Shown here one piece after another: positions 48,986 to 57,511 of a stretch of DNA of 64,000 nucleotides. The DNA comes from Pseudobdellovibrionaceae bacterium (GTDB lineage Bacteria; Bdellovibrionota; Bdellovibrionia; Bdellovibrionales; JAMPXM01): contig CANHQR010000012.1 in NCBI GenBank assembly GCA_947462815.1, positions 8,095 through 72,094 of the forward strand, in the 5' to 3' direction. The notes beneath the pieces are model-generated. The model searched no databases, had not been told where the DNA came from, and worked only from the letters and a program-made list of their open reading frames with translations. A program made the translations under genes and the position numbers. How positions within the stretch are numbered: position 1 is the first letter of the stretch; the number at the start of each line of letters is the position of its first letter.

Positions 48986-49067
48986 TTCATAGCGAGTAGG
49001 GGCTTTTTTCCGAATCCGCCGCAAAATAGAGCTCCACATTGGCTCGGCGCGGTGAACTCGCTATGAA
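48986..49067. repeat. 12-bp perfect inverted repeat (TTCATAGCGAGT ... ACTCGCTATGAA) with 58-nt spacer
   Basis: Arms at 48986-48997 and 49056-49067 (a 13th C:G pair flanks them). Lies in the divergent region between ffh and the 49111 gene. Confidence 0.85.
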
Positions 49068-49110
49068 GGTGGTGATTCCTCTTCATCTGAATCTCCGAAA
49101 GTGAAGTCGT

Positions 49111-49551
49111 ATGAAAAAGTCGTTTTGGACAAGCTTGGTACTGGGAATGAGCGCGTTTTGCATCGAACAAGTCGCTCGAGCGGAGTTTGGCGCACCGCAA
49201 ATGCTGCGTCTGAGCTGCGAACGCGAGGCTCAGGCTTCGGGACCGGTCGTCGTCAAATCACGCCGTGGCGAAGCCCTGGAGCAGTTTGCGGCGAGTTTAA
49301 CTCTGATGATCACACCCGAAGGCATGGCCACAGATGCCGCCCTCGTTTCTCAAGACTTGGGCGAATGCGTGGCTCATCCGCACTTTGGAGCCCGCGGCCC
49401 GAGCTTCATACCCAGCCACTTTCGTTTGAGCGGCTATAAGTGCCGAGCTGGCCAAGTGGACGTGAGCGTTTGGGAACATCCCATTCATCGGCAGCCCGCG
49501 GGAGCCGTGCTGCAGATCGGTCAGGAATATTGGGCCTGCCGCGCCCAATAA
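49111..49551 (+). CDS. Hypothetical secreted protein (4 Cys in mature part)
   Basis: 146 aa. Signal peptide MKKSFWTSLVLGMSAFCIEQVARA. No family recognised. Confidence 0.5.
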   Translation: MKKSFWTSLVLGMSAFCIEQVARAEFGAPQMLRLSCEREAQASGPVVVKSRRGEALEQFAASLTLMITPEGMATDAALVSQDLGECVAHPHFGARGPSFIPSHFRLSGYKCRAGQVDVSVWEHPIHRQPAGAVLQIGQEYWACRAQ

Positions 49552-49685
49552 GTCTTTCACCTGTCCTTTACAAAGCGCGTGGAATTCTGACGAAACCGCG
49601 CGCCTAACCAAAATCCAACTCGCTAAATAATTGAGCATGAAATAAAGACTTCGCCGTGGCCACAGCCCCGACAAGAGGAGATCTT

Positions 49686-50150
49686 ATGTTTCATGCTTTC
49701 AATCGGATTCGCCATTCTTTTTTGATGGCGGCCGTATCGGTTGGCGTTGTCGTGTTCCAAGCTTCACCGGAAGCCTCGGCCTCGGGCCGAGAGGACTTTG
49801 CTTCGCGGGTGACGAAAGTGGATGGCGTGGAAGTGAACTGCTTGGGAGCGACCCAGTTCGTTCTCATTCGCGATTTCGCCCGCGAGAATCCCGGCGATGT
49901 CGATGGGCTTCTCGAGTATCGCGAGTTCATCCGAAGCGGCAGCGTCGTGAGCTGTCGCGATCGTGGTCAACGGCAAATTGAGTGGCACACTTGGTGTGAT
50001 GGCCGGGGCTGCTTAGGTGCCAAAGCGGAACTGAACGCCAACGGCCGTTGCGAGGTCAGCGATGCATGGACCGGACAAGATGATCAGGACATCATCGATC
50101 CTGATGACTGGAAGGCCCGCTGCCTCGTGGCCGACGACTTCGCTCCCTGA
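49686..50150 (+). CDS. Hypothetical secreted Cys-rich protein
   Basis: Start at ATG 49686 after AGAGGAG. Signal-like MAAVSVGVVVFQASPEASA. Six Cys in the mature part (…HTWCDGRGCLG…NGRCEV…ARCLV). Confidence 0.5.
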   Translation: MFHAFNRIRHSFLMAAVSVGVVVFQASPEASASGREDFASRVTKVDGVEVNCLGATQFVLIRDFARENPGDVDGLLEYREFIRSGSVVSCRDRGQRQIEWHTWCDGRGCLGAKAELNANGRCEVSDAWTGQDDQDIIDPDDWKARCLVADDFAP

Positions 50151-50210
50151 GTTCATTTTCTTTTTAGGCTTCTTGGAGTCGACGCCGAGTCGTCGACAAG
50201 AAGACTTCCC

Positions 50211-50247
50211 GGAGGGCCTCCCTTTGCCAGGGGGCCCTTCTTTTTTC
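50211..50247 (+). terminator. Rho-independent terminator after the 49686 gene
   Basis: GGAGGGCC...GGCCCTTC stem (GC-rich, ~8-11 bp) followed by TTTTTT at 50241-50246. A second bulged hairpin (CTTCTTGGAGTCGACG...CGTCGACAAGAAG) lies at 50169-50203. Confidence 0.65.
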
Positions 50248-50362
50248 GGCGACCTCGATCGACACTCCGCCCCGCTCGAGATGCTAGGCTGATTCCCTCC
50301 CGAGTGATTCAATAGGGCTTCCTATCCACGATCAACATGCACCAGCCCCAAGGGAGATCCGC

Positions 50363-50791
50363 GTGAAAGAAGAAAAAGTCATTGAGCAGCTCAACAAAAT
50401 TTTAGAAACCGAACTCGCGGGCGTTGTTCGCTACTCACACTACGCCTTGATGATTTTTGGCCATCACCGCATCCCGATCGTGAAGTGGCTTCGCGATCAG
50501 GCAACGGAGTCCTTGGATCACGCGCACGTCGCTGGCGAACACATCACCACTTTGGGTGGCCATCCGAGTCTGAAGATCGGCAAGCTCGTTGAAACGCACA
50601 AACACTCGCTCAATGACATTCTGAAAGAGAGCTTGGATCACGAGCGCTCGCAGCTCGATAATTTGCGCGCTCTCCTGAAGATGGTGGAAGGCCAATCGAT
50701 TTACCTTGAGGAGTACGCTCGTGAGATGATTTGCGAGGAAGAATTGCACGTCTCCGAAGTGGAGAAGATGCTTCGTTCCCAACCTAAGTGA
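50363..50791 (+). CDS. Bacterioferritin-like / ferritin-like four-helix-bundle protein
   Basis: GTG start, 142 aa. KVIEQLNKILETELAGVVRYSHYALM...ESLDHAHVAGEHITTLGGHP...LKESLDHERSQLDNL...EEYAREMICEEELHVSEVEKML follows the Bfr-type E/H ligand spacing. Confidence 0.65.
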   Translation: MKEEKVIEQLNKILETELAGVVRYSHYALMIFGHHRIPIVKWLRDQATESLDHAHVAGEHITTLGGHPSLKIGKLVETHKHSLNDILKESLDHERSQLDNLRALLKMVEGQSIYLEEYAREMICEEELHVSEVEKMLRSQPK

Positions 50792-50870
50792 TTCGGCCAA
50801 GTGCTGCGCACATGTGATGCGCCAATATGATGCAGAGAATGCGGAGATCAGCACCGCCGCATTTAAAATC

Positions 50871-53111
50871 TTAGAAAGCCGCGGTCAGACTGAGTTGCAG
50901 GCTCCGCGGCTTTCCGGGGCGTAGGCCAAAGGGCCGTGCCGCGACGACATGGTCCTTGCCCAGCAAATTTTCGCCGCGAAATTGCACCGACCAATCCGCG
51001 TCGATTTTATATCGAGTCGACCACCCCACAAGACCGAAGGCCGCGATGCTCACTCGCTGCGCGGCCGCGCTCTGATCTGGCGTTTCACTCTGATAACTCA
51101 CGTCGAGCTCGTGACCCCATGCACCCCGCTGCATCCCCAGGTTGAATTGAGCACGCAGGTTCGGGACATAGGGCAAGGGGTCGCCCGTCCGAATCTGACC
51201 GACTCCCCATTCCGCTGAGTCTGAGACAAAGTCTTCAGCGAAACGAGCCTCCAGAACCGAAAGGTTCAGTGTCGCGGGAAACCAGAAGCCCGATGCGGAC
51301 CAAGCATGAGCCAGCCGTGCCTCAAGTCCATGGACAAGGGCGCGGCCACCGTTAAACTGTTGGTCGAGCTGCGATGAGGCACAGCCCGTCGAGGAGGTGC
51401 AGGTACCGGTCAAGTTTTGGTAGTCGTTACGAAAATAAAGGAGATCCGCCTGCCAAGAATCATAGCCACTGAAATGTTTGAGGGCGACCTCGGTATTGAG
51501 ACTCTCTTCGCGCCGCTCACGACCTTGAGCATCGAGACCGGCCAGAGTCACCGCTCGGTTCACGCTCACGCGCAGACTCGTATCATCGGAGAGTTTGTAC
51601 AAAGCTCCTGCACCGGGAACTCCAACCGCATCTCGGCGGGTTTTACTGAGAGCTGAGTTCAGCGCGTCCGTGTAGACAAACTCCGCGGTCTCAAATCGCG
51701 CGGCACCCGTCAGCACCCAATTTACGACCCGCCAATCATCTTGCAAACTCACGAGCCATGCCTGGGTGGCCTCACGATTCTGTTTGTCGATGCTGCGCGA
51801 ATTGGCAACGGCCTGCAGACGCCCGCTGGTCATCTGTGCCACGTCGAAGCGATGATCGCGATCGATCGAATCGCTATGGAATCGCAGCATCCCCTGCCAA
51901 GAATGATGAGCGCTTTCGCCGATCCAGCGCGTTTGCACGCCCTGTGATAGAAAATGCCTCTCATTATTGGCAATGAAGAGATCCCCGTTCGTCCCAAGTC
52001 CTGAGGAGTTCGACTGTCCTCGGAGCACGTCATAAAAGAGCTGATTGGTGCCTGTCGGTTGCGCGAGAATGGACCGCAAGTTCACGCTCGAGTCACGAAA
52101 TCGATCCAAGCGATACCATGTGCGATCCAAGCGATGCGAATAGAGGTCCGTCGAAAGAACGCTCGCATTTGGAAGAGTCCATTCGTGACTGAGTTGCAAC
52201 GCCCGACGTTGCCAGCGCATCTGATCGAGAGCCGAGGCGGCGTACCGACGGTAGGGTCGGTTCGCAAAATCACTTTCGCTCAAGCCTAAGTAGGTCTCGC
52301 GCGAGTCTTCATCCGCAAATCCGAGTTTGAGTTGCAAACTCTGGTCAGCTCGAATCTGCCACTTGAGTTTCGCCACAACATCGTTCTGGTGAAAACCGAC
52401 ATCACCGCCGCCGTCGAGTTGCTTAAAGCCGGAGCTCTGTAGACGACCCAAGCTCAGCGCATACCCACCCCAACTTGTTCCACTCCGCAAGATTGACTTC
52501 AGCCTTCCTGTCGCAAAGCTGCCACCGCCGAGCTCGACGAAACTTGGCCGCCGTGAATCTGAGGGATCGGGGATAGCGTAGCTGCGAGAATGAATCGCCC
52601 CACCAATGGAATTGGGGCCATGGTGAATGGCGGCGAAGCCCTGCATCACATCCAGGCTTTCGGTGTGAAGTAGGCTCGGCGTGTAGTAGGCCGCCGGAGC
52701 GGAGTACGGGGCTGGACCCACGAGAATGTGATCTTCCAGCCAAACCACCTTCTTCGAGCGATCGGGATTCGTGCCTCGAAGTCCGACATTGGGTCTTAAG
52801 CCTTCGCCCTCTTCCTGACGAACATAAGCGCCAGGGATCTGCTGCAGAACTTTATGAAGATCCGTCGTCTGCAGCTCTTCCAACTTTCGTGGCGGAAGAC
52901 TGCGTGGACTCGTGGGTTGCGTGAGATCCGACCTCTGGCCGCCCAGTACCCGAAGCGTCTCAAGCTCGGTGACTGAGGGTTCGCTCGCCGAGACCTGCAT
53001 TGAGTCAGACGAGGGCTCCGCCCACGCTGGATTCGAACCAAGAAAAACCGCAAGGCTCAACATGAGCCCGAGCACAGACCTTTGCGAGATTCGGGAGGCC
53101 AACTTAATCAT
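50871..53111 (-). CDS. TonB-dependent outer-membrane receptor
   Basis: 746 aa. Signal peptide. Plug region ETLRVLGG...DLHKVLQQIPGAYVRQEEGEGLRPNVGLRG. Long beta-barrel ending in ...LQLSLTAAF (terminal aromatic). Confidence 0.9.
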   Translation of the reverse strand: MIKLASRISQRSVLGLMLSLAVFLGSNPAWAEPSSDSMQVSASEPSVTELETLRVLGGQRSDLTQPTSPRSLPPRKLEELQTTDLHKVLQQIPGAYVRQEEGEGLRPNVGLRGTNPDRSKKVVWLEDHILVGPAPYSAPAAYYTPSLLHTESLDVMQGFAAIHHGPNSIGGAIHSRSYAIPDPSDSRRPSFVELGGGSFATGRLKSILRSGTSWGGYALSLGRLQSSGFKQLDGGGDVGFHQNDVVAKLKWQIRADQSLQLKLGFADEDSRETYLGLSESDFANRPYRRYAASALDQMRWQRRALQLSHEWTLPNASVLSTDLYSHRLDRTWYRLDRFRDSSVNLRSILAQPTGTNQLFYDVLRGQSNSSGLGTNGDLFIANNERHFLSQGVQTRWIGESAHHSWQGMLRFHSDSIDRDHRFDVAQMTSGRLQAVANSRSIDKQNREATQAWLVSLQDDWRVVNWVLTGAARFETAEFVYTDALNSALSKTRRDAVGVPGAGALYKLSDDTSLRVSVNRAVTLAGLDAQGRERREESLNTEVALKHFSGYDSWQADLLYFRNDYQNLTGTCTSSTGCASSQLDQQFNGGRALVHGLEARLAHAWSASGFWFPATLNLSVLEARFAEDFVSDSAEWGVGQIRTGDPLPYVPNLRAQFNLGMQRGAWGHELDVSYQSETPDQSAAAQRVSIAAFGLVGWSTRYKIDADWSVQFRGENLLGKDHVVAARPFGLRPGKPRSLQLSLTAAF

Positions 53112-54423
53112 TGTCGCCTTGGTAACTCGGCGGCTGACGAAGCGCCAAGGCCGTCAAGACTTGAATCTTCAGATAGCTCGCAGCTTCGCGCAGATCCGCA
53201 TGCACAGCACACAGTGGTTGGCGTCGATCCGTCGAGGTCGAGGCTTTACAAGCTTCGGCCTCGGTTCCCTGCAGAGCCTCAACACGCGCTAACCAAGGCG
53301 ACTGCGTCTCAGCATCCAAACTGCGTTGAGCTTGATCCAGAAGTTCAATAAATCGCCGGGCCACATCGGCATGTCCCTTCGTCGTCAACAAATCATCTAA
53401 ACCGAAACCTTCCCGGCCCATGAAAACTTCACGAATCTGCCGAAGGCGTTGGCTGTATGCCTTCAAGGCGAGTTCCGAATCCCGATGCTCGATCGACTCG
53501 GGGCACGCATCTTTGCCACAATCCTTATGCAAGCCCAGCACTCTTCCCAATCTCTGATCTTTCACGTTCATGAGAGAAAACAGAGCATCGGTCAGCGCAT
53601 TGGTGGCCTTTGCGACATCGGGGTAAGCCGTGCCGTCGACCATCGACTTGGTGAAGTTCTGCTGCGAGGGGTTCCACGCCTGCGCCAAAGATTGCGCTTG
53701 GTTCTGAAGATCTTGAGCGAGTACACGAGCATACCGACAACGATCGAGACGACGCTGGGACTCTTCGGCGTTCGACCATTCTGCAGCCAAAGGCTGAGCT
53801 CGAAGATGGCAAGCCGATTTCAAAGTCGGTTCCGTCAATAGGTACTCGACAGCTCCCAAGCCTCTCAGGTTAGGTGCCGTGGAGGAGGCCAACCCGATCG
53901 CGGGCGTTTTCGCGTGAGTCATCACAGCTAAATCCACACTGCACTTATTGAGATAAGGCCAGGCGTAAAGCAAAGCCGCCCGCTCCAGCGTCGGCCCTAT
54001 CGAAGTCGTATCCACCTTGTGATACGCGATCATAGTTTTTTGCCACTGCTCGACAGCATCCGACCAAGCCGCTCGATCCACGGACCGTTGGGAGTCACCG
54101 CAGGCCTGATCCAAGCGGTACGAAAGCATCGAGGTCTCGACGGCAAAGGTCTTTACGGCGGGCGCTAAGACATTGAGACCGATATTGATCAACATCTTGC
54201 GCTCGGAAAATGGCGCTTGGTCATATTGAAGGTCTTCTTGCGAAAACAAATTCTGCTCCGAGGCCGCACGCGGACCGGGCTGATCTGAGCTCTTTGGCGC
54301 AGGCTTATTGAGAAAGGCATCGCAGGCGGAAAGCGACATCGTCATCAAGACGGCAAGGCTCAGCGCCGTCATCGTCTTCAACTTCAACCTCGTCTTGTAC
54401 ATACGCACCTCGATGTCTGACAC
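53104..54423 (-). CDS. Imelysin-like (PF09375-type) lipoprotein
   Basis: 439 aa. Lipobox LMTMSLSAC. Pattern ...LAPAVKTFAVETSML...AAWSDAVEQWQKTMIAYHKV...IGP...YAWPY...LGAVEYLL...RCRYARVLAQDL...LAQAW...ESIEHRDS... resembles imelysin/IrpA-like proteins. 8-nt overlap with the TBDR start. Confidence 0.55.
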   Translation of the reverse strand: MSDIEVRMYKTRLKLKTMTALSLAVLMTMSLSACDAFLNKPAPKSSDQPGPRAASEQNLFSQEDLQYDQAPFSERKMLINIGLNVLAPAVKTFAVETSMLSYRLDQACGDSQRSVDRAAWSDAVEQWQKTMIAYHKVDTTSIGPTLERAALLYAWPYLNKCSVDLAVMTHAKTPAIGLASSTAPNLRGLGAVEYLLTEPTLKSACHLRAQPLAAEWSNAEESQRRLDRCRYARVLAQDLQNQAQSLAQAWNPSQQNFTKSMVDGTAYPDVAKATNALTDALFSLMNVKDQRLGRVLGLHKDCGKDACPESIEHRDSELALKAYSQRLRQIREVFMGREGFGLDDLLTTKGHADVARRFIELLDQAQRSLDAETQSPWLARVEALQGTEAEACKASTSTDRRQPLCAVHADLREAASYLKIQVLTALALRQPPSYQGDND

Positions 54424-54474
54424 TGCAATCGGGATTGAGTCGCCTCAGCGCCGTTCGATGTCAGACTACGTTTC

Positions 54475-55152
54475 CTACATGTGATAGTCGATGGGAACCT
54501 GGAAGGCCCACTCAGACTTTGAAAGTTGCACAGGAAATGGTTCAAGACCGTCGAGTCGACGGATCAGATCTTCAGCGGCGTCGTTGAGAAATTTGGAATT
54601 CGAGGCTTGAACGATCTCTGCGGACTTCACCTGCCCCGTCCTTTCCAAGACAAAGCGAACCACGACGCGCCCCTGATGACCCATACGCTTAGCTGCGAGT
54701 GGATAAGACTTTTTCCGCTCAAGTTGGCGGCGAAGCTCGCGCACGTAGATTTCCGCAGCTGTCGCCTCTTGGGGAGACAGCGTACCGCCTTCTCCCCCGC
54801 TTGCCGATGTATTGGATACGGCGTTTTTTTCCACCGAGGTCGAAGCGGTGCTCAATTCGGGAGTCGCCTCCTGGGACGAGGGAGACTCCGCGACAGACCA
54901 TTTCTCGTCCAACTCTTCTTGAATTTTCTGAACAAACTGTTTCACCTGCAGATTTCGATGGGGCGAGTCCGCTTCCTGAATCTGTGCCCCCACGTCCACA
55001 ATCTCGATCTCGATCGAACCACGCCACAACTCTTCAGCCCTGGGACCTTGCGAGTCTGTGGGCCTCATGATTAAGGCTGCAAAACCCAGATGTAAGATCA
55101 ACGAAAGGCCAAGCGCAAAACGCACTCGGCCCCTCTCATCGAACCGTCGCAT
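54475..55152 (-). CDS. tonB: TonB-family energy transducer
   Basis: 225 aa. N-terminal anchor FALGLSLILHLGFAALIM. C-terminal domain YPLAAKRMGHQGRVVVRFVLERTGQVKSAEIVQASNSKFLNDAAEDLIRRL. Confidence 0.8.
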   Translation of the reverse strand: MRRFDERGRVRFALGLSLILHLGFAALIMRPTDSQGPRAEELWRGSIEIEIVDVGAQIQEADSPHRNLQVKQFVQKIQEELDEKWSVAESPSSQEATPELSTASTSVEKNAVSNTSASGGEGGTLSPQEATAAEIYVRELRRQLERKKSYPLAAKRMGHQGRVVVRFVLERTGQVKSAEIVQASNSKFLNDAAEDLIRRLDGLEPFPVQLSKSEWAFQVPIDYHM

Positions 55153-55189
55153 GGACGTCTCTTTCCAATCAAAACTTCGTCCCGTGAGC

Positions 55190-56275
55190 TTATTGATAAC
55201 CCACCTCGTTCATCAAGTCGCGGGCTCGCTGGACTCGGCTGGGCTCTGAGAGCTTTGACCAGGGGGTGAGATCCATGAGGAATCGCCCCCAGTCTTTCAC
55301 CAAGGTCAGCGGCGAGAGCGACTCTTTTGCCGGGTAAGTGAAATGATCATTCGACGCGTGAATCTGGTACTCATCGTCCAACAGCAACTCGATAAAGCGT
55401 CCTGCGAGATCAACCTGTTTGGAGCTTGATGCGACACCGATCATCTCACCATTGACGTGAACACCGGCTCCAGCTTGGTCCGCAAAGAAGGGCCGCACTG
55501 TGAACGATGGATTTTTGGCAATGAGCTGGGCGAGATAATAGGTGTTCGAGAGACCCACGTCACAAACGCCGTTCGCAATGGCTTCTAAAAGAGCCGTGTC
55601 GCCGTTGATCGGCGCAACCGCCAAGTTGTCCACCCAACCCTTGAGAATCTCGCGGGTGCGCGATTCCCCGTGACGTTCGATCAACGATGAAACTAGCGCC
55701 TCATTGTAGTTATGCTTCGAGGTTCGCAGACAGAGACGCCCCGCCCACTTCGCATCGGCAAGATCTTCATAAGTCGAAAGCTCGCCAGCCTTTACGCGAG
55801 AAGGTTCGTACATGATCGTACGTGCCCGATACTGCAGGGCCGTCCAAAGACTTGATGAGTCGCGAAGAGCTGCGGGAACGGTCTGAGCCGCCTGCACAGC
55901 CGTGCGAGCCGGCATGGCCTGAAGGTGGCCCTTATTGACCAGCTCACCCGCCATCACCATGTCTTTGATGTAAATCAAATCAGCCGGGCTACCTTGGCCT
56001 TCAGCTTCGTATTGAGCCAAGAGCTTCGCGTAAGGAAGCTCCACGACCGTCACTTGTGCACCCGTGAGCTGCGTGAACTTCTGAACACTGGGAGCCAAGC
56101 GTGCCGTCGGACGATCCGTGTAGAGCGTCAGAGTTTGTGCTTCGGCACCGATGCTCCCTGCGAGAGCCGAGCCTAAAAGCATGAGGCTGACACTGAGGTT
56201 GAGCTTGAAACCGGATTTGAAATTGGACTTAAGGCTCGAATTAAAATTCAACTTCGACACGAGCGACTCCTTCAT
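55190..56275 (-). CDS. FbpA-like ferric-iron periplasmic substrate-binding protein
   Basis: Start at ATG 56275 (MKESLVSKLNF...), or upstream at 56371. LTLYTDRP...SPADLIYIKD...WTALQYRARTIMYEP...ADAKWAGRLCL...CDVGLSNTYYLAQL parallels FbpA, including the YY iron-ligand pair. Confidence 0.78.
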   Translation of the reverse strand: MKESLVSKLNFNSSLKSNFKSGFKLNLSVSLMLLGSALAGSIGAEAQTLTLYTDRPTARLAPSVQKFTQLTGAQVTVVELPYAKLLAQYEAEGQGSPADLIYIKDMVMAGELVNKGHLQAMPARTAVQAAQTVPAALRDSSSLWTALQYRARTIMYEPSRVKAGELSTYEDLADAKWAGRLCLRTSKHNYNEALVSSLIERHGESRTREILKGWVDNLAVAPINGDTALLEAIANGVCDVGLSNTYYLAQLIAKNPSFTVRPFFADQAGAGVHVNGEMIGVASSSKQVDLAGRFIELLLDDEYQIHASNDHFTYPAKESLSPLTLVKDWGRFLMDLTPWSKLSEPSRVQRARDLMNEVGYQ

Positions 56276-56390
56276 GAACAAGCGCCCGAGTTCGAGATGA
56301 ACGAGCGGGCTTGCGGTCGATTCGGAAAGAGAAATCGCATCTTTCGCCTTGAAGTCCAAGCTTCTCAGCAAGCTGCAAGAGGGCTGAAAC

Positions 56391-57353
56391 CTACTTGATA
56401 GGACGCTGAAACCGAGATGAAAACTGATTGAGAATCACCTTTGAACGCTTTGAGAAATTTCGTCCCAGTACAAGCTGACTCAGGTTCGAAGCACTCACAC
56501 CGGGGACACCAAAGCGCAAAACGCCGGAGGCCTCGCGCGAAGGCTTCCAAGAGCCCCAAAGTTGGTCCCAAAGGGCGAGACTGACGCCAAAATTCGAGTC
56601 GTAGTGGTTTGGATCACGCGAGTGATGGATCTGGTGCTGCAAGGGGCTGATCAGAATTCTTTCAAACAAGCCAAAGCTCATCGGAATCTGCGAGTGTCGA
56701 AGGTTAGCACCCAACAAGTTGAACACCATGCCAAACCAGTTCACGCCAAAAAGCGTGACCAAAGAAAAACTTCCTTGAAAGGCCCACACAAAAAAGCCAA
56801 GGGCCACGCCGAGACTCAACGCATTCCGGAGCGTGGCGATCCCCACTTCAACCGGATGCGTTCGGTAAAGAGTGATGGGAGTCAAGACCCGCGCTGAGTG
56901 ATGGGTGACGTGAAACGGCCAAAGCCAAGGCAGCCGATGCATCAACCAATGATGAAAGAAGCGGAGGAAGTCGTCCCAAACAAAGCTCAAGAAGGTAAAC
57001 GCCCAAAGCGCCGCGCCCGCCGGCGCAAGCTCAGGACTGGGCCCTAGAAAACGTGTCGCCGTCTCCGCAACGATGACAGCCAATGCGTAGCTTGTCGCGG
57101 TCAGTGGAGCCAAAAGCGTGGCCTTCAACAAAACGTTCAGCGCATAGATTTGATAATCGACGCGCGTCGATCGATTCCACCAGTAACGTTTATTTAAAAT
57201 TAACTTAGAAAAGTGGATTTGAGGCCGAGCAAGTACGAACCAGACTCCGACGAGACCAAGACTTGCGATGATGTTCAGATGGAAGAGCCGCGAGCCGGCG
57301 TCGTCGACGGGCAATAAGGCGATTTCCCTCAGTTGGCTCCAAAAGGTCATCAT
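56391..57353 (-). CDS. Fatty-acid hydroxylase / sterol desaturase superfamily membrane protein
   Basis: 320 aa. Multi-TM with His boxes HHWLMH, HVTHHS and LQHQIHHS. Confidence 0.8.
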   Translation of the reverse strand: MMTFWSQLREIALLPVDDAGSRLFHLNIIASLGLVGVWFVLARPQIHFSKLILNKRYWWNRSTRVDYQIYALNVLLKATLLAPLTATSYALAVIVAETATRFLGPSPELAPAGAALWAFTFLSFVWDDFLRFFHHWLMHRLPWLWPFHVTHHSARVLTPITLYRTHPVEVGIATLRNALSLGVALGFFVWAFQGSFSLVTLFGVNWFGMVFNLLGANLRHSQIPMSFGLFERILISPLQHQIHHSRDPNHYDSNFGVSLALWDQLWGSWKPSREASGVLRFGVPGVSASNLSQLVLGRNFSKRSKVILNQFSSRFQRPIK

Positions 57354-57511
57354 ACAAGCTTCGTCTTACGAGCGGCTAAGTTCTTGAGCAAGAGGAGGGT
57401 GAATTTTTGTGAATTTGAAACAGCTTGCGACCGGTCCCGAAGACGACTCAAGCTGCTAAATGAAAGTGAACTGCGAAGCCCTCGGCGTGCACGCGGACCT
57501 CACCCACTCGG

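Noticed and set aside
53029-53039. GGATTCGAACC, resembling a tRNA T-arm
   Set aside because: It is embedded in the TonB-dependent receptor coding frame, with no acceptor or anticodon stems around it. No tRNA could be folded here or elsewhere in the window.
50151-57511. Search for a Fur box upstream of the bacterioferritin-like gene and of the iron operon
   Set aside because: Only weak partial matches were found (for example GTGATTCAATAG near 50300, and AAATTCACAAAAATTCAC near 57405). None is close enough to GATAATGATAATCATTATC to call by eye.
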